From NCBI RefSeq assembly GCF_964213995.1, contig NC_135818.1, positions 79,422,001-79,486,000 on the forward strand: a DNA stretch of 64,000 bases, given 5' to 3'. A model generated the notes under the pieces. That model made no database searches. It was given only the letters and a program-made list of their open reading frames with translations, and had not been told where the DNA came from. This stretch comes from Mustelus asterias (Eukaryota). The first letter of the stretch is position 1; each line of letters opens with the position of its first letter. The translations under genes and the position numbers were made by a program. Shown piece after piece: positions 63,601 through 64,000 of this stretch.

Positions 63601-64000
63601 TGATGGTACAAATTTGAGGTCCTGGTAGAAATTGGGGAAGGAAGGTTTGTCCAAACTCTATGGCAAAGGAAATTGTGATGCCAATCTTCGATAAGAAGCC
63701 AGTTAATTGTGGCCAGTTGGCTTTAATTGAATCATTGGTGTGCAACCCCTGCCTGTGGTCTGGATTTAAAATATAAAGCACTTGTAGAAACACCAGCGTA
63801 TCAGGTTTGGTTAGTATGAATAGCTAAAGGACAGGTAATGCATGATCAGCCTTTATATTTGTATTATTTTGAAGAAATAGGTAAAGAAAATGCATAGATG
63901 TGATTTGGATTTTCGATAAGTATTAGATAGGGAAGGATTGGGAAGAACGTGACCATGGTTAGGGATACTTGGAGAGTTGGAAGAGGGCAGTGATCTGTGT

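Overview
Vertebrate genomic DNA, most likely from a shark or other elasmobranch, judging by its HE1/V-SINE, Deu-type SINE, CR1, Rex1, Penelope, Tx1 and L1 repeats. The window holds the head-to-head gene pair LIN52 (minus strand, MuvB/DREAM subunit) and ALDH6A1 (plus strand, methylmalonate-semialdehyde dehydrogenase). A ~22-kb tandem duplication (copy A ~5053-26645, copy B ~27197-49015) spans the shared bidirectional promoter. As a result LIN52 exons 1-5 and ALDH6A1 exon 1 occur twice with intact splice sites. ALDH6A1 exons 2-9 (53833-61846) occur once, and the LIN52 terminal exon was not found and is probably left of the window. Each promoter copy is therefore directly collinear with only one potentially complete gene. 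The promoter cores have diverged while their flanks are near-identical. Exon phases would allow an in-frame tandem 'double' LIN52 protein. Comparing the two copies also shows independent Penelope insertions into the same 12-bp target and two retro-insertions that captured nearby genomic sequence. All alignments were done by eye, so repeat boundaries are approximate.
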